Notes: generated by a model not told the origin, from the letters alone. Shown: positions 1 through 11,482, numbered from the stretch's first letter. The stretch: 64,000 nt of DNA from Bdellovibrionales bacterium (GCA_965261545.1 CBDHDF010000011.1:384001-448000); one strand, 5' to 3'. Translations and numbers: made by a program.

Positions 1-209
1 TAAAGATGGTTAAAAGTGCTTGGGTCTTTAAAAATCTTCTCAATTGGAGAGCCGGAATAGAGGCTGTTATTTCATTCCTTAAGAGATGTTTTGGTATGAG
101 AGTTGCTTACTGGAAAGGGCATGATGGTTTTAAGAGGTATGTAAAGAATGCCGTTTGTGCCTATAATTTTGTTGTCTTGGCAAGACATGAATTATCAACT
201 GTCACCTAA
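1..209 (+). CDS. C-terminal end of an IS5/IS1182-like DDE transposase (partial at window edge)
   Basis: WRAGIEAVISFLKRCFG...AYNF resembles the R-x3-E-x6-K C-terminal DDE signature; the element appears to end near 445 (tttctggacagaaactag), abutting IS4 transposase sequence. Confidence 0.7.
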   Translation, partial: KMVKSAWVFKNLLNWRAGIEAVISFLKRCFGMRVAYWKGHDGFKRYVKNAVCAYNFVVLARHELSTVT

Positions 210-582
210 ATTTATCCATTAGGAATAACAGCAATGGACCAGGTCGAAGGTGCTAAAATCTTCCAAAGGTAGGGGTGCGTCTTCAAATCGAAAAAACTAG
301 GGCGCAAGTCGCTTAAAGACCTTTTTCCCCTTAATCTGTAGAGTTTGTGTGGCAAATCTCCAACTCTCACTCCCCCATTGAGGCATTGGGAGGCTCAATG
401 GGGAGTGTCAGAGAACAAAAAATGGGCCTTTCTGGACAGAAACTAGGTAGTTTTGAGAGTAATCCCCGATGGGCGGATCAAAACCATCCATTTGTGGGCT
501 AACAAAACCATCCATTTAAAAACTTAATATCTGACAAGGCGTATTATAGAATACTTCCTAGAAAACAACCTGGGAGGGAAGG

Positions 583-2679
583 ATGAACGTCTTGAATAAA
601 CAAAAACAAGAAGAGATATTAACATTAATTATAGCAGGTCGCTCCTTTCGTGAAATAGCGAAAAGGCTACATGTCAGTCGATTTACAGTTTCAGAATATG
701 CTAAAGCCCATAGTGTCATTGCGAAAAAAGGGCGCACAGGAGGTGTGGAGCCAAAGTCTCTACCTTTTTCAGGTCCCCCTGAAGCAGAACCATCATCTTC
801 AGGGTCCCTTGAGGTTTGCTCTGTAGAGTCTTCAAGTGCTTCTGTAATCCAGATCCAAGAGCCCGATGAAGTTTCGGTTTCCTCTACAGAGGCCAATCAG
901 CGGACACTCCTTGGGGAATCAGGCCTAACACCAGTAGAATCTCATTCAGCACCCCCTGTGGAGCCATGCTCAACTTCTTTGGCCGTGTCTGATTTGGTTA
1001 GCATGGGCCCCAGTGTTTGCCAAAAGCCCCCATCTCCAACCACCACCATGGTGGAAACGAATTTAGCTGCTCCTACAGAAACTGGATCCACCGACTGTGT
1101 AGCTCATTTAATCGAACGAGACAAGCCAGTTCCACCCTCACCTATGGATACAAAGCAGGCTTTTGCCAATGAAAAGCCACCTACTCTTTCTTCTTCGGAA
1201 TTAGGTTTTGTTGTCCCCATGGAAGTAACAAAACCCTTTGAGACAGCACCACCTGAATTGAAAAAGTCTCTTACTGACCAGGCTTCCCCAAAGCACCCTC
1301 AACGATCTTCCTACCATCAGTCGGCTTGTGAGCCCCACAGGGCTTGGATTGAAAATCAGGCTTTGAACTTAGAGCGCAATCGAATGGCCATCTACCAAGA
1401 TTTAGTGGAGAAATTTGGTTTTTCTCACTCCTACGACAGCGTGAAAAAATTTGTAAGGAAGCTGAAGAAGAGTACTCCCAAACGCTATGATCGCTTGGAT
1501 TTTCCCCCCGGAGAGGAAGCCCAAGTGGATTATGGCCAAGGGGCTCTGACTGTTCACCCCCGGACAGGCAAATATAGGCGGCCTCGCCTTTTTGTGATGA
1601 CCCTCAAGTACTCTCGTGCCTCTTTTCGCAAGGTTGTTTGGAAGTCCAGCCAAGAGACGTGGAGCAGACTCCATGAGGAGGCTTTTCATTATTTTTTGGG
1701 CTGCCCTCAATATGTCGTCTTAGACAATCTCAAGGAAGGTGTTATTAAGCCAGATATCTATGAGCCAACGCTGAACGCCGTTTATGGCGCTGTACTGACT
1801 CACTACGGGGTCGTTGCTGACCCGGCAAGAGTTCGTGATCCTGATAGGAAAGGAACCGTTGAGCACGCCATTCACCACACCCAAGACACAGCACTGAAGG
1901 GTCGTTCATTTAAAACCATTGAGGAGCAAAATGAGTGGCTCATGCACTGGGAGCACACTTGGGCTCGCCCTCGGGTCCATGGTCGCACCAAGCGAGTCGT
2001 TTCTGAGATGTTTGAAGAAGAGAGCCCCTTTCTCAAAAAGCTCCCCCAAAAGAAATTTGATTTTTTTAAACAAGAGATACGAACAGTTGCAGACGATGGG
2101 CTCATTCAAGTGGGAAACAGTTACTATTGCGCCTACCCTTCTGATCTAAAGAGCCAAGTCATTGTGCGTATTTATGATAAAGACATAGAGATTATGGACC
2201 CTGCTACGATGAGTGTTATCCGCCGCCACCAAAAAGCCACTCTCCCGGGGAGTCTCTCTTTGCTAGACAAAGATCGTGTTTATAATCCATCTCGCCATGT
2301 AGAAAATATTTTAGCTGATGCGGGTCAGATTGGCCCTCAAACAAAAGCTTTTTGTCAGTCATTACTCAGGGTGGATGAGAGAGTTGGAAACAGGCAGATG
2401 CGTGGGGTGGTGTCCTTGGCTAAAAAATATCACTCTGATCTTATTGAAAAAGCAGCCATTCAGGCTGTGAGCAGAGGGGTCTTATCTCTTAGGGTCTTTA
2501 AAAGGCTTGTTGAGGAACTACAGCCCCCTGTGGATGAGAAAAAGATGGAATCCCACCTCACCCAAGACCACGACATCATTCGAGCACCATCCGAGTATGC
2601 CATCTACTGGGATTTACATGCCAACAACGAAATCTACCACTCACCCTTACACCCTCAGCCTAGCACCAACCTTACTTAA
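583..2679 (+). CDS. istA: IS21 transposase IstA with long S/P/T-rich linker
   Basis: N-terminal HTH; PGEEAQVDYG, VVLDNLK and KGTVE motifs of the IstA DDE core. Confidence 0.93.
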   Translation: MNVLNKQKQEEILTLIIAGRSFREIAKRLHVSRFTVSEYAKAHSVIAKKGRTGGVEPKSLPFSGPPEAEPSSSGSLEVCSVESSSASVIQIQEPDEVSVSSTEANQRTLLGESGLTPVESHSAPPVEPCSTSLAVSDLVSMGPSVCQKPPSPTTTMVETNLAAPTETGSTDCVAHLIERDKPVPPSPMDTKQAFANEKPPTLSSSELGFVVPMEVTKPFETAPPELKKSLTDQASPKHPQRSSYHQSACEPHRAWIENQALNLERNRMAIYQDLVEKFGFSHSYDSVKKFVRKLKKSTPKRYDRLDFPPGEEAQVDYGQGALTVHPRTGKYRRPRLFVMTLKYSRASFRKVVWKSSQETWSRLHEEAFHYFLGCPQYVVLDNLKEGVIKPDIYEPTLNAVYGAVLTHYGVVADPARVRDPDRKGTVEHAIHHTQDTALKGRSFKTIEEQNEWLMHWEHTWARPRVHGRTKRVVSEMFEEESPFLKKLPQKKFDFFKQEIRTVADDGLIQVGNSYYCAYPSDLKSQVIVRIYDKDIEIMDPATMSVIRRHQKATLPGSLSLLDKDRVYNPSRHVENILADAGQIGPQTKAFCQSLLRVDERVGNRQMRGVVSLAKKYHSDLIEKAAIQAVSRGVLSLRVFKRLVEELQPPVDEKKMESHLTQDHDIIRAPSEYAIYWDLHANNEIYHSPLHPQPSTNLT

Positions 2680-2722
2680 TCCACCCCCCCAACCCCTCTT
2701 CTAGAGGAAAGGAGCAATCACA

Positions 2723-3493
2723 ATGCCAATGTCACCTACAGAAATACAAGAGACTCTCAAAAGCCTTAAGCTTATAGGCATGTTTGAAACATTTGAGGCT
2801 CGAAGTTACCAACACACACAGAACCAACAAAACTTCCAAGAGACCTTCTCATTGCTCTTACAGGATGAAAAGGATTTCAAGAAAAGCAAAAAATGTGAGA
2901 GACTCCTCAAAGCATCCAAGCTCACGGAAAAGTCCACCCTCACCGGCTTTGATTGGAATTTTAACCCAAAAATACCCAAGCCAATGATCTTGGAATTAAT
3001 GAACTTGAAGTTCATCAAGCAGGGGGAGGGAGCCTTGCTTATTGGCTCCCCTGGAACTGGAAAAAGCCACATTGCAAAAGCTATAGCCACCAAGGTCTGT
3101 TCCATATCAAATTACAAGGTTTTGTATCAAGAAGCTCACAAGCTCTTTGAAAATCTCTTTGAGGCCAGGCAGCTGGGGCGCAGAAAGAGGTTCTACACCC
3201 AACTCATCCATGTGGACCTGTTGATCATTGATGATCTTTTTCTTAGAAAGCGCATTCCGCCAGAGGCTTGCGATGACTTCCAGGAAATCATTCTGGATCG
3301 ATACTCAGCGAGAAAAAGCACTCTTATTACCTCCAATCGCATTATTGAGGACTGGGGAAAGTGTTTGGGCGATAATACCGTGGCCTCTGCCATCCTGGAT
3401 CGCCTTCTCCACTGCAGCCAACTATTAAAATTTGAGGGAAAAAGCTACCGATTGAAGGAAGCTTCAAACCGACTTGTCAAGATAAAAAATTAA
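2723..3493 (+). CDS. istB: IS21 helper ATPase IstB
   Basis: Walker A GSPGTGKS, Walker B LLIIDD, ITSN, AILDRLLH, GKSYR. Confidence 0.95.
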   Translation: MPMSPTEIQETLKSLKLIGMFETFEARSYQHTQNQQNFQETFSLLLQDEKDFKKSKKCERLLKASKLTEKSTLTGFDWNFNPKIPKPMILELMNLKFIKQGEGALLIGSPGTGKSHIAKAIATKVCSISNYKVLYQEAHKLFENLFEARQLGRRKRFYTQLIHVDLLIIDDLFLRKRIPPEACDDFQEIILDRYSARKSTLITSNRIIEDWGKCLGDNTVASAILDRLLHCSQLLKFEGKSYRLKEASNRLVKIKN

Positions 3494-3580
3494 ATGTAGG
3501 GTGAGCCCATCTTGTCAGATCACCCTAAATGGATGGTTTTGTTAGCCCACAAATGGATGGTTTTGTCCGCCCCTCCGGGG

Positions 3581-4280
3581 TAATAGCATAACTCTCTACG
3601 ATAGGCTTTATTTATCTACAGAGATTATTAAGGCCCATGCTCAAGCCAGTAACTTCTTTATTGCGCGTTGTAAGCGAGGCTCTACTTTTATCCCCATTGT
3701 AAATTTATTTAATGGCCCAGGTTGGTATTCACGAATGGTTATTGAGGGGGTGGTCATTCATCTCTATAAGTATAAAAACCCAAAGACTGGGGAGTTCTCT
3801 GTTTTGGCCACTAATCTTCCGCATGGCTCCTTGGACAAGAAGGATATGGTTGCTCTTTACTCTCGTCGTTGGGAAATAGAAACGACATTTCGTGATTTTA
3901 CATCGACAATGAAAATGGAGCAGTGGCACTCAACAAGCCTTAATGGAATATTGCAAGAGCTGTATTCTTATTTTTGGCTCTTCAATTATACAAAGATTCA
4001 AATGAGCATAAATGAGGATGAAGACAGTGTGAATCAGTTGGTGAAAAATGACTACAAAAAACCTAACTTTAAACTGATTCTTGATTTCATAATGGATAGC
4101 ATCCCTCTTTTTGTTGCGGGGCTCTATCAGAAATTTAGGAAGCAGATAAAGTTGCTGATGAAGATTTCAATGGAGAAGAGGAGGCACTTCAAAAGAAGCT
4201 ATGAAAGGTCTATCAAAAGGGCTGGGAGTTCTTTTAAAAGAAATAGCTTAACGCAGAGGCAGAGGGGTGTGGTGGCTTAA
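3581..4280 (+). pseudogene. IS4-family transposase C-terminal fragment
   Basis: YSRRWEIETTFRDF (YREK-type motif); protein identical to the C-terminus of 9198-10031. Confidence 0.85.
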
Positions 4281-4293
4281 GGAAACGGCATTG

Positions 4294-4416
4294 ACCTAAA
4301 TACTGTTCATACGTCTTTTTTGTTTTTTCGGCAACTCTAGCCGTTGCAACATATTCATCCGCCATCGCTGGAAGTCGGAGTTTTTTAAGAGAACCTATAA
4401 GTTCTTCGTGATTCAT
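4294..4416 (-). pseudogene. istB: istB N-terminal fragment
   Basis: Identical to the first ~40 aa of 28293-29075. Confidence 0.85.
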
Positions 4417-5882
4417 TAAGAACCTCCTATGTTTGGAACAAGACTGTCATATTGAGACAATCTAGGTTGAAGTGGTTTTTGTTGGTCATTCAAATTAATT
4501 TTGGTGGGATTTCCTAAGAGCAAATCTTTTATGGATTTAAAGTCGAAAATCTCACGACTTTCTAATTGAAGCTCCATGGCTGTAGATAAGTCCTGCCAAC
4601 TCACATGCTGAATCAAGTTGATAACTCTTAAATATTCATGCTCGGCACGGCTTGAATCTTGTTGCTTGAGGTATTGATAAAAATTTTCAAACACATTTGT
4701 TGGAAAAAGAATGGATCGGTGAGCCCATCTTACCATGGCTTGCGGCTTACGAACTAAAGAGGGAAGGATATGTTCAAGAAGAAGACTATGCTCCCCATCA
4801 GGTTTTCTTTGATGGCGAGCGACAATTTCTTGCTTCCCTCCTGCACGATAGATCGTGACATGATAGGGACCCTGTACGGTTTTACAGGGAGATTGGATCA
4901 CCTCATCAGGTATGGAATATGTGGTTTTACCTATTCTCAAAGTCCCATAACCATTACTTTGACAAATATTCACCTTACAGAGAATATCTTCATCTCGTGG
5001 AGGCAAAGGCTTAAGAACTTTGGCCTCCTCCTCAAAGCGAGATTTGGTGGAGTCACTCTGATGCTGATCCATATAAGACTCTAAAAACTGATTCAAATGA
5101 TCCCAGTCTTTAAAAACAATTCCTTTGTTTCTAACAATATTTTTTATCCGAGAACTGAAGGTTCGAATATCACGCTCCACATCTCCCTTGTCAGAGCCCT
5201 TCCCTGCGCGGCAGGGAAGAACCTTAAATCCATAGTATTGGATGGCTCGATCAAAAGATTGGGTGTAAATTCGCTGATTTCCTTTAAGAACTTTCTTCAC
5301 ACAGGGAGATAAATTATCAATACGGATGTTCGCACTCATCCCACCTATCTTTTCAAAAAAAGCATGCACCCCATCGATGAAACACTCATAGACAAGAAAG
5401 GGGTAGGCACGAACCCAACAGGTGCCACTACAAGGCAATGTTCCAAAATGGAGATGAACGATCTGAACACCATCGGCAAATGGTAAAGCAACCTTCTCCT
5501 TAAAATCAAACTGAGCCTGTTCTCCAGGATCATATCTTTGGCTGAAAAAACGCTCCTTGGGGCGAGAACCAAGAATCTCACAAACTCTTCTCTGAACCGT
5601 TCTCTCACTCCCACGATAACCCTCCTCAACTAATAGCTCATATATTTCACGGGCGGTGTTACTTGGGTTCAACTTCAAAAAGTACTTCACCCGATCCATA
5701 TATCCATTAAGGGGATCTGGGCGAGTTCTTTTGGACCTCGCCTTGTACTTCGGTGGGGTGTTGGACTCACAGTACTTGCGCACCGTCTTACGATTGATCC
5801 CTAATTCACGAGATATTTCTGTCTTATTTTTACCACTGTGACTCAGGTCACGAATGCGGCCGAAAGTGTATTGACTAATCAT
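4416..5882 (-). CDS. istA: IS21 transposase IstA (element B, intact ORF)
   Basis: HTH (EISRELGINRKTVRKY), PGEQAQFDF, IRIDN, KGDVE; probable start MISQYTF after a GAGGAGG RBS. Confidence 0.92.
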   Translation of the reverse strand: MISQYTFGRIRDLSHSGKNKTEISRELGINRKTVRKYCESNTPPKYKARSKRTRPDPLNGYMDRVKYFLKLNPSNTAREIYELLVEEGYRGSERTVQRRVCEILGSRPKERFFSQRYDPGEQAQFDFKEKVALPFADGVQIVHLHFGTLPCSGTCWVRAYPFLVYECFIDGVHAFFEKIGGMSANIRIDNLSPCVKKVLKGNQRIYTQSFDRAIQYYGFKVLPCRAGKGSDKGDVERDIRTFSSRIKNIVRNKGIVFKDWDHLNQFLESYMDQHQSDSTKSRFEEEAKVLKPLPPRDEDILCKVNICQSNGYGTLRIGKTTYSIPDEVIQSPCKTVQGPYHVTIYRAGGKQEIVARHQRKPDGEHSLLLEHILPSLVRKPQAMVRWAHRSILFPTNVFENFYQYLKQQDSSRAEHEYLRVINLIQHVSWQDLSTAMELQLESREIFDFKSIKDLLLGNPTKINLNDQQKPLQPRLSQYDSLVPNIGGS

Positions 5883-6446
5883 AAGATCCTCCTCATTGCT
5901 AACCTTTTGAGTTGCAAGAGGGAGGGACTCTGTGAGCTTATCTATATCAGAAGAAGAGACTTCATTGTCTAGTATTTGAACACTCCCTGAAGATTGGTCA
6001 CTTTTCATTGGCGACAACCTCCATATTGAAAGTGGGACATTTTAATTGGCGACGGCTTTAAGGGAAGCCTGTCTTCAGAAAGAAATTCCATGAAAATTGA
6101 GGCAAATGTTGGAATCTTGTGGAATTTAAATACTTTAGAAAATGGGCACAGCCTAAACAGGCTTTTCTTGACTATATATTTAACCTCATTGAAATCCAGA
6201 AACAGTCTACAAATGACAAATATGGAACCTGAATAGGCTGTCATGGAAGGACTCTCCAACACGGAGCCCCTTTCCAGGTCGACAAGAACCCAAAAGGAGT
6301 TCTTATCAGCTCGGAGCCTTTTTATGAGTAATATCAATTGATTATATGCGTCTCGGTTGACAATGCCAAAAATCACCATAGGTCCTCCTCTGAAAAGTGG
6401 CCACTTTTCATTGGCGACGGTGGGGCATTTTAATTGTCAGCTAACA

Positions 6447-7230
6447 GGTCATTGGAGTCGATGAAATTTCTTATGCTAAGGGAAGGAAGTTTATTACCTT
6501 GATTTACGACATGAAGAAAGGCTGTGTCGTTTGGATTGGAAAAGGTAAGGGTAAGGAGACAATAGACTCCTTTTTTACAAAGGAACTCAGCCAATATCAG
6601 CGAGACAAAATTAGAGTGGCTTGTTGTGATATGGCTCAAGGCTACATCTCCTCTATCAAGGAGCATTGTAAGAATGCTACTCTCGTTTTGGACAAATTTC
6701 ACATTATTCAATCCCTCAACAGGGCTGTGGATGAGGTGAGAAAAGAAATTTGGAGAGATGCCTGCAAGAAGGACAGAAAGGCTATTAAGGGAACTCGCTG
6801 GTTGATAGCCTACAGTTCATCCTCTCGTAGTAAAGCCCAAACTCGTAAAATTAACCTCATGGAGAAATCTAACAATAAAATATTCAGAGCATGGCTGCTT
6901 AAAGATAATTTTGAGCATTTCTGGGATTATGTAAGTCCAGGTCATGCTGCGAATTTTCTGAATGCCTGGATCACTCGTGCCTTAAGATCACGCATTGATT
7001 CTATGAAAAAGTTTGCCTTGATGCTCAGGAAGCACCAAGAAAATATTCTTTCCTTCATTAAAGATCCTGTCACAAATGCCAAGGCTGAGGGAATCAATCG
7101 CCTTCTAAAGATCATAAAAAATCGGGCTTCAGGATTTAAGAACCTACAGGGTTTTGAGAATATGATTTACTTGTGTGCTGGGGATTTGGATATTGTTGGA
7201 AGTTTCCCCAAGCGTTTTTGTACATTATAG
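6447..7230 (+). pseudogene. ISL3 transposase C-terminal part
   Basis: CCDM, LDKFH and TNAKAEGINRLLK motifs; N-terminus removed at the IS21-B junction. Confidence 0.9.
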
Positions 7231-7531
7231 TTTTTATTGTCGATCAACATTTCTTTTTCCAATTCACCTCCCCATACTAACTCCGCCAAGATGAGTCAGT
7301 TATCCACAGACTCATCCATGGCGACGCTGCGGTATGGCCCTCGGGAGCCACAATAAAGCAGCGCTGCTGTGGGTGAGTATTGTGGATAACGGCGGCTCTC
7401 CACACAAGTGATTTGGTAGCCCTGTCCTCCGTGTTTTTATGTACAAATCTTAGGAATAACCTGTACATCCAGTTTTTAGCTATTTCCCTAGGGAATTTGG
7501 ACTTTAGGCTCCGAGAAACTCGGATATAGCC
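6447..7531 (+). mobile_element. ISL3-family element, 5'-truncated copy
   Basis: Near-identical to the reverse complement of 26301-27385; end gagaaactcggatatagcc at 7531. Confidence 0.9.
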
Positions 7532-7857
7532 ACTTTTGTTATGTTATTTTGACTCATTTGATCTCCTTTGTTTGTTAGTTTGAGAATTGTGTTTTCGCTT
7601 TTTTTCATATTTTTTTGTCACATCTTTTTTTTTTGGTTTTGTTACTTTTATTTTCTTTGTTTGTTGCTTATTTTTTTCTGTTTGAGTTAGTTGTATTTTT
7701 TAGTCATTTAGGGTCGTTTTTTTACATGCAAGTATGGTTTCAGATATCTGAACCCCAAAAAAGCTCCTGCGGAGCAGGGGGACTTGAGGTGGACCCCAAT
7801 GTCAGACTGAAAAACTTGATTTTTAAGCTACACCACAGCGCACAAAGAAGCCCCGTG

Positions 7858-8706
7858 TTAATGTGTTAAATCCACCTCTCCCATATGCACCTGATAAGGG
7901 GTGCAATCCTGAAGAGACTGGTGTGGCCTTTTATTATTATAAAAATTAAAATACGTTTTAAAACCTTTGTTGGCTTGAACCATTGATTTGTCTTGATAGC
8001 CTTTCAAGTAAACCTCTTCGTACTTAACAGACCGCCAAAGCCGCTCGATCATGATGTTGTCTAAACACCTGCCTTTGCCGTCCATACTGATCGAGATTCC
8101 ATGATTTTTCAATAATTTTGTGAAAACCTCAGAAGTGAATTGGCACCCTTGATCAGTATTGACGATATCAGGGCAACCAAATGTTTCTATGGCTTCCTCA
8201 AAGACTTCTAAACAAAAAGTTGTCTCAAGGCTATTAGAAAGTCTCCAAGACAGAACAAATCGGCTAAACCAATCTATCACAGCTACCAAGTAAGCAAAGC
8301 CACCAGACAACCTTATAAAAGTAATATCAGTAGCCCACACTTGGTTGGGGGAGCAGATATTAAGCCCCTTAAGTAGGTAGGGATAAACCTTATGCTGATG
8401 GTTTCGCTGACTGGTGTTTGGACCTGGGAAGATAGCGAAAAGACACATCTTTTCCATGAGCCGCTGAATCCTCTTGCGGTTGACCCCATGGCCATTAAGT
8501 CTTAAGTGAGCTGCCATTTTACGGCTCCCATAAAAAGGGGTCTCCAAGTACTGTTTGTCAATTAAACTCATCAGTTTTAAGTTGTAGGCACTCTCAGGTA
8601 TGGGCTTGTAGTACAAGGCTCCCTTAGAGAGTCCTAGCAACTCACATTGGCGAGTGACACAAATATTTGGATGTTTCCAATTGATAGCGGCTTTTTTCTC
8701 AGGCAT
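7858..8706 (-). CDS. IS3 transposase OrfB (integrase core)
   Basis: [35 protein letters not shown]. Confidence 0.95.
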   Translation of the reverse strand: MPEKKAAINWKHPNICVTRQCELLGLSKGALYYKPIPESAYNLKLMSLIDKQYLETPFYGSRKMAAHLRLNGHGVNRKRIQRLMEKMCLFAIFPGPNTSQRNHQHKVYPYLLKGLNICSPNQVWATDITFIRLSGGFAYLVAVIDWFSRFVLSWRLSNSLETTFCLEVFEEAIETFGCPDIVNTDQGCQFTSEVFTKLLKNHGISISMDGKGRCLDNIMIERLWRSVKYEEVYLKGYQDKSMVQANKGFKTYFNFYNNKRPHQSLQDCTPYQVHMGEVDLTH

Positions 8707-8989
8707 TGAAGCTCTCAGATTTTTTTTTTAACCAATCATTTTCAACCTTTAACTGCCCTATTTGCCGATACAATTCATCAATGGTTTTTCTTTGTTCTTC
8801 TACCTCGTTGTTGTCCTTTTTTTTGCTCGCTAAGGCCTTAGGAATGGCTTCAATAGCTTGCTTCTTCCAATCTTGGATTTGGATGCGGTGAACTCCATGC
8901 TTGGAGGCCAACTCTGCCATTGTGTCAGTCTCACGAATGGCGTCAAGTGCGACTCTGGCCTTAAATTGTGCGCTGTGTTTCTTTCTCAT
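8699..8989 (-). CDS. IS3 OrfA (HTH); poly-A -1 frameshift site near 8720-8729
   Basis: [14 protein letters not shown]...[14 protein letters not shown]; long A run at the orfA 3' end on the minus strand. Confidence 0.92.
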   Translation of the reverse strand: MRKKHSAQFKARVALDAIRETDTMAELASKHGVHRIQIQDWKKQAIEAIPKALASKKKDNNEVEEQRKTIDELYRQIGQLKVENDWLKKKSESFNA

Positions 8990-9184
8990 TATCCCCTCCT
9001 ATGAGGGGCTTTTTACCCGCTGCGGTGTAACTTAGCAACCAGTCTGTTTTTGGGGTCCACTATAACTGCGCCCCTTTTTTGCTTGTTGAGGGCAAGCCCC
9101 CAAACCCCCTTGATGACTGCTTCGCAGTCCCAAGGTGCTCGCTTCGCTCGCCTTTTCCCGATGTATTTTCGTCCCTCTCTGGCT

Positions 9185-10601
9185 CAATGCCGTTTCCTTA
9201 AGCCACCACACCCCTCTGCCTCTGCGTTAAGCTATTTCTTTTAAAAGAACTCCCAGCCCTTTTGATAGACCTTTCATAGCTTCTTTTGAAGTGCCTCCTC
9301 TTCTCCATTGAAATCTTCATCAGCAACTTTATCTGCTTCCTAAATTTCTGATAGAGCCCCGCAACAAAAAGAGGGATGCTATCCATTATGAAATCAAGAA
9401 TCAGTTTAAAGTTAGGTTTTTTGTAGTCATTTTTTACCAACTGATTCACACTGTCTTCATCCTCATTTATGCTCATTTGAATCTTTGTATAATTGAAGAG
9501 CCAAAAATAAGAATACAGCTCTTGCAATATTCCATTAAGGCTTGTTGAGTGCCACTGCTCCATTTTCATTGTCGATGTAAAATCACGAAATGTCGTTTCT
9601 ATTTCCCAACGACGAGAGTAAAGAGCAACCATATCCTTCTTGTCCAAGGAGCCATGCGGAAGATTAGTGGCCAAAACAGAGAACTCCCCAGTCTTTGGGT
9701 TTTTATACTTATAGAGATGAATGACCACCCCCTCAATAACCATTCGTGAATACCAACCTGGGCCATTAAATAAATTTACAATGGGGATAAAAGTAGAGCC
9801 TCGCTTACAACGCGCAATAAAGAAGTTACTGGCTTGAGCATGGGCCTTAATAATCTCTGTAGATAAATAAAGCCTATCGTAGAGAGTTATGCTATTACTC
9901 TCAAAACTACCTATCATTTGAATAGCATTGGCGATTTCGTTGAGAGCGGGAGAAAAGCAAAGATTCTTTGTCACACCCGATAAAACGTCATAAGCATGAG
10001 ATAGATACATACGTAAGAAATGAGTTTCCATCTCATTTGGGCAAGGGTACCCACAATAACCCTCCTTTAAAAGATCTTTAGAGCGAGGAAGTGCTCATTG
10101 GTCGCCATCTATGGCATAGATATAAAAACCATGAAACGTTTTTCTCAATGGTTCGTAGTCTGTAATCAGAGATTCAAAGATATCTTTGAAAAATAGGTAA
10201 GAAATACTTTGACGTATCTTGCTGAGACTGCTTTTGACTGGCATGAGAAGCAGGTCACCAAAATGAGTCCATACTGTCTTAAGAGCGATTTAGTAGCCTT
10301 CGTAATTTGTTCCGGAAATAAGATAGATAATGGTAAAAAAGAAAATTTGAGGATTAAATTTTCGATTCCTTTTTTGTTTTTCTGGATCGACAAGGTGCTC
10401 TGGCTTGAAGGAAGAATCAAGTTTTGGTAGAATAAAATGGTCATCTGTGACGCGAACTCGTCATTTGGGGGCTTTCGAGATCAATATTGGATTGCATGTG
10501 ACTTACTCCTTGGTTGAGGGTTGGGTGTAAAATAAAACAAGTCTTATTCTTGTCGATTTATCTAATGATTTCAAGAGATTTTTCTTAAGGAAACGGCATT
10601 G
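9185..10601 (-). mobile_element. IS4-family element, both ends present, transposase disrupted
   Basis: Perfect IR caatgccgtttccttaag at both ends; no target duplication seen. Confidence 0.88.
9198..10497 (-). pseudogene. IS4-family transposase, frameshifted in its 5' third
   Basis: ATG at 10497 after GGAG; reading frame broken before 10031; TLYDRLY and YSRRWEIE motifs in the distal ORF. Confidence 0.8.
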
Positions 10602-10919
10602 ACCTGTGGGAGGATCTCCTGCTTTAAATGCTAGGAACTAGGCTTCCAAAAATAATCCATCAAATCAGATACAGCGAAATTATCCTCCCAAGAGAACTTG
10701 GAAATCTCAAGTACTCTTAATTTCTTGAGCCACCAGGCGGGAGAGCAAACCAAACAGAGAGAATCAGTCATCCTTTTTTCACTCACTTCACCTCGACACA
10801 CCTTGCTAATCAAAATATCACTCTCAACAACTTAAACTCAGTCAGGATAAAATCATAAAAATTGCTTCGAGGTCAAAGGAACCCATGAAAAGTCCGTCAA
10901 AATAAAGTATTGGATCACA
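10602..10919 (+). mobile_element. Terminal fragment of the DUF6431/DDE/ExeA transposon (second copy)
   Basis: Near-identical to the reverse complement of 19109-19426, ending in ...aataaagtattggatcaca. Confidence 0.88.
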
Positions 10920-10920
10920 A

Positions 10921-11083
10921 CATGACCGTTTACTACGGCCTTTTCCTTGCTCGCTCACTACAAGGGCCTTGCCTCCTCCCATGCAGCAGCAAGGTTGTTT
11001 GCACTCAAATCCTGAAATCCGAGTGCGGAGGACCTACCTCCATCTTCACATCAGCATGTCACCTCCGTGACTTCGTGGCACAC
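10921..11083 (-). ncRNA. Group II intron 5' fragment (domain I start, class D-like), truncated
   Basis: Minus strand begins GTGTGCCACG...CACGG...GCTGATGTGAAGATGGAGGTAGGTCCTCC...TTTCAGGA...CAAAC...GCTGCTGC...TAGTGAGCG, collinear with the RmInt1 5' end as I recall it; GUGYG boundary. Confidence 0.7.
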
Positions 11084-11482
11084 GAAATCAGGATATCCAA
11101 AGTGAGTCAGGTGGGTCTGTTAGAGCACTCACGAGATATCACCCGATGATGGGCTGAAAACTACCATCGGGGTATACTTTCTTAACTTATTTGTATTGCC
11201 CCGAGAAGGCCCAGTAACGGTAAAAATAAAGTGGCCCATTTATAACAAAATTTTTCAGCGTCGCCACAACAAACCAAAAAAATGGCCGCCGCCTAGAAAA
11301 ATCGCCTCGCATTTGCACAAGCACATTCCATTGTGCTAAATTAAATCTAGATCCATGGTTCCTCCTCATCCTTGTTTTTTTCAAAACAATTTTACACAAG
11401 GGGATGAGGAGTCTCTAGACTTCGTGCGTTATTCTCCGAGATAGGCCCGAGAACTGCGGACTCTCAAGAAGGGGTATTAAGA

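Larger units (their letters stand above)
464..3580 (+). mobile_element. IS21-family element A (complete)
   Basis: ~55-bp terminal IRs (cccc..gggcgga.caaaaccatccatttgtgggctaacaaaaccatccattta) with an internal tandem repeat; TAAT duplicated at 460-463 and 3581-3584; istA and istB inside. Confidence 0.92.
444..4293 (+). mobile_element. IS4-family element remnant (3' part), interrupted by IS21-A at 464-3580
   Basis: 444-463 and 3581-4293 match the reverse complement of the IS4 copy at 9185-10601; terminal IR cttaaggaaacggcattg ends at 4293. Confidence 0.85.
4294..6446 (-). mobile_element. IS21-family element B, left half (left end + istA + first ~40 codons of istB)
   Basis: Near-identical to 24531-28415 minus the ISL3 insert; TG end at 6446 abuts ISL3 transposase sequence; truncated by the IS4 end at 4293. 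Confidence 0.9.
7785..9064 (-). mobile_element. IS3-family element (complete)
   Basis: IRs tgaggtggaccccaa / ttggggtccactata; ACT duplicated at 7782-7784 and 9065-9067; orfA/orfB overlap. Confidence 0.9.

Noticed and set aside
464..520. CRISPR-like repeats (aaaaccatccattt)
   Set aside because: Only two units within IS21 terminal IRs; no spacers or cas genes
7615..7869. 84-aa Phe/Leu-rich membrane ORF
   Set aside because: A product of T-rich low-complexity DNA reading into the IS3 end
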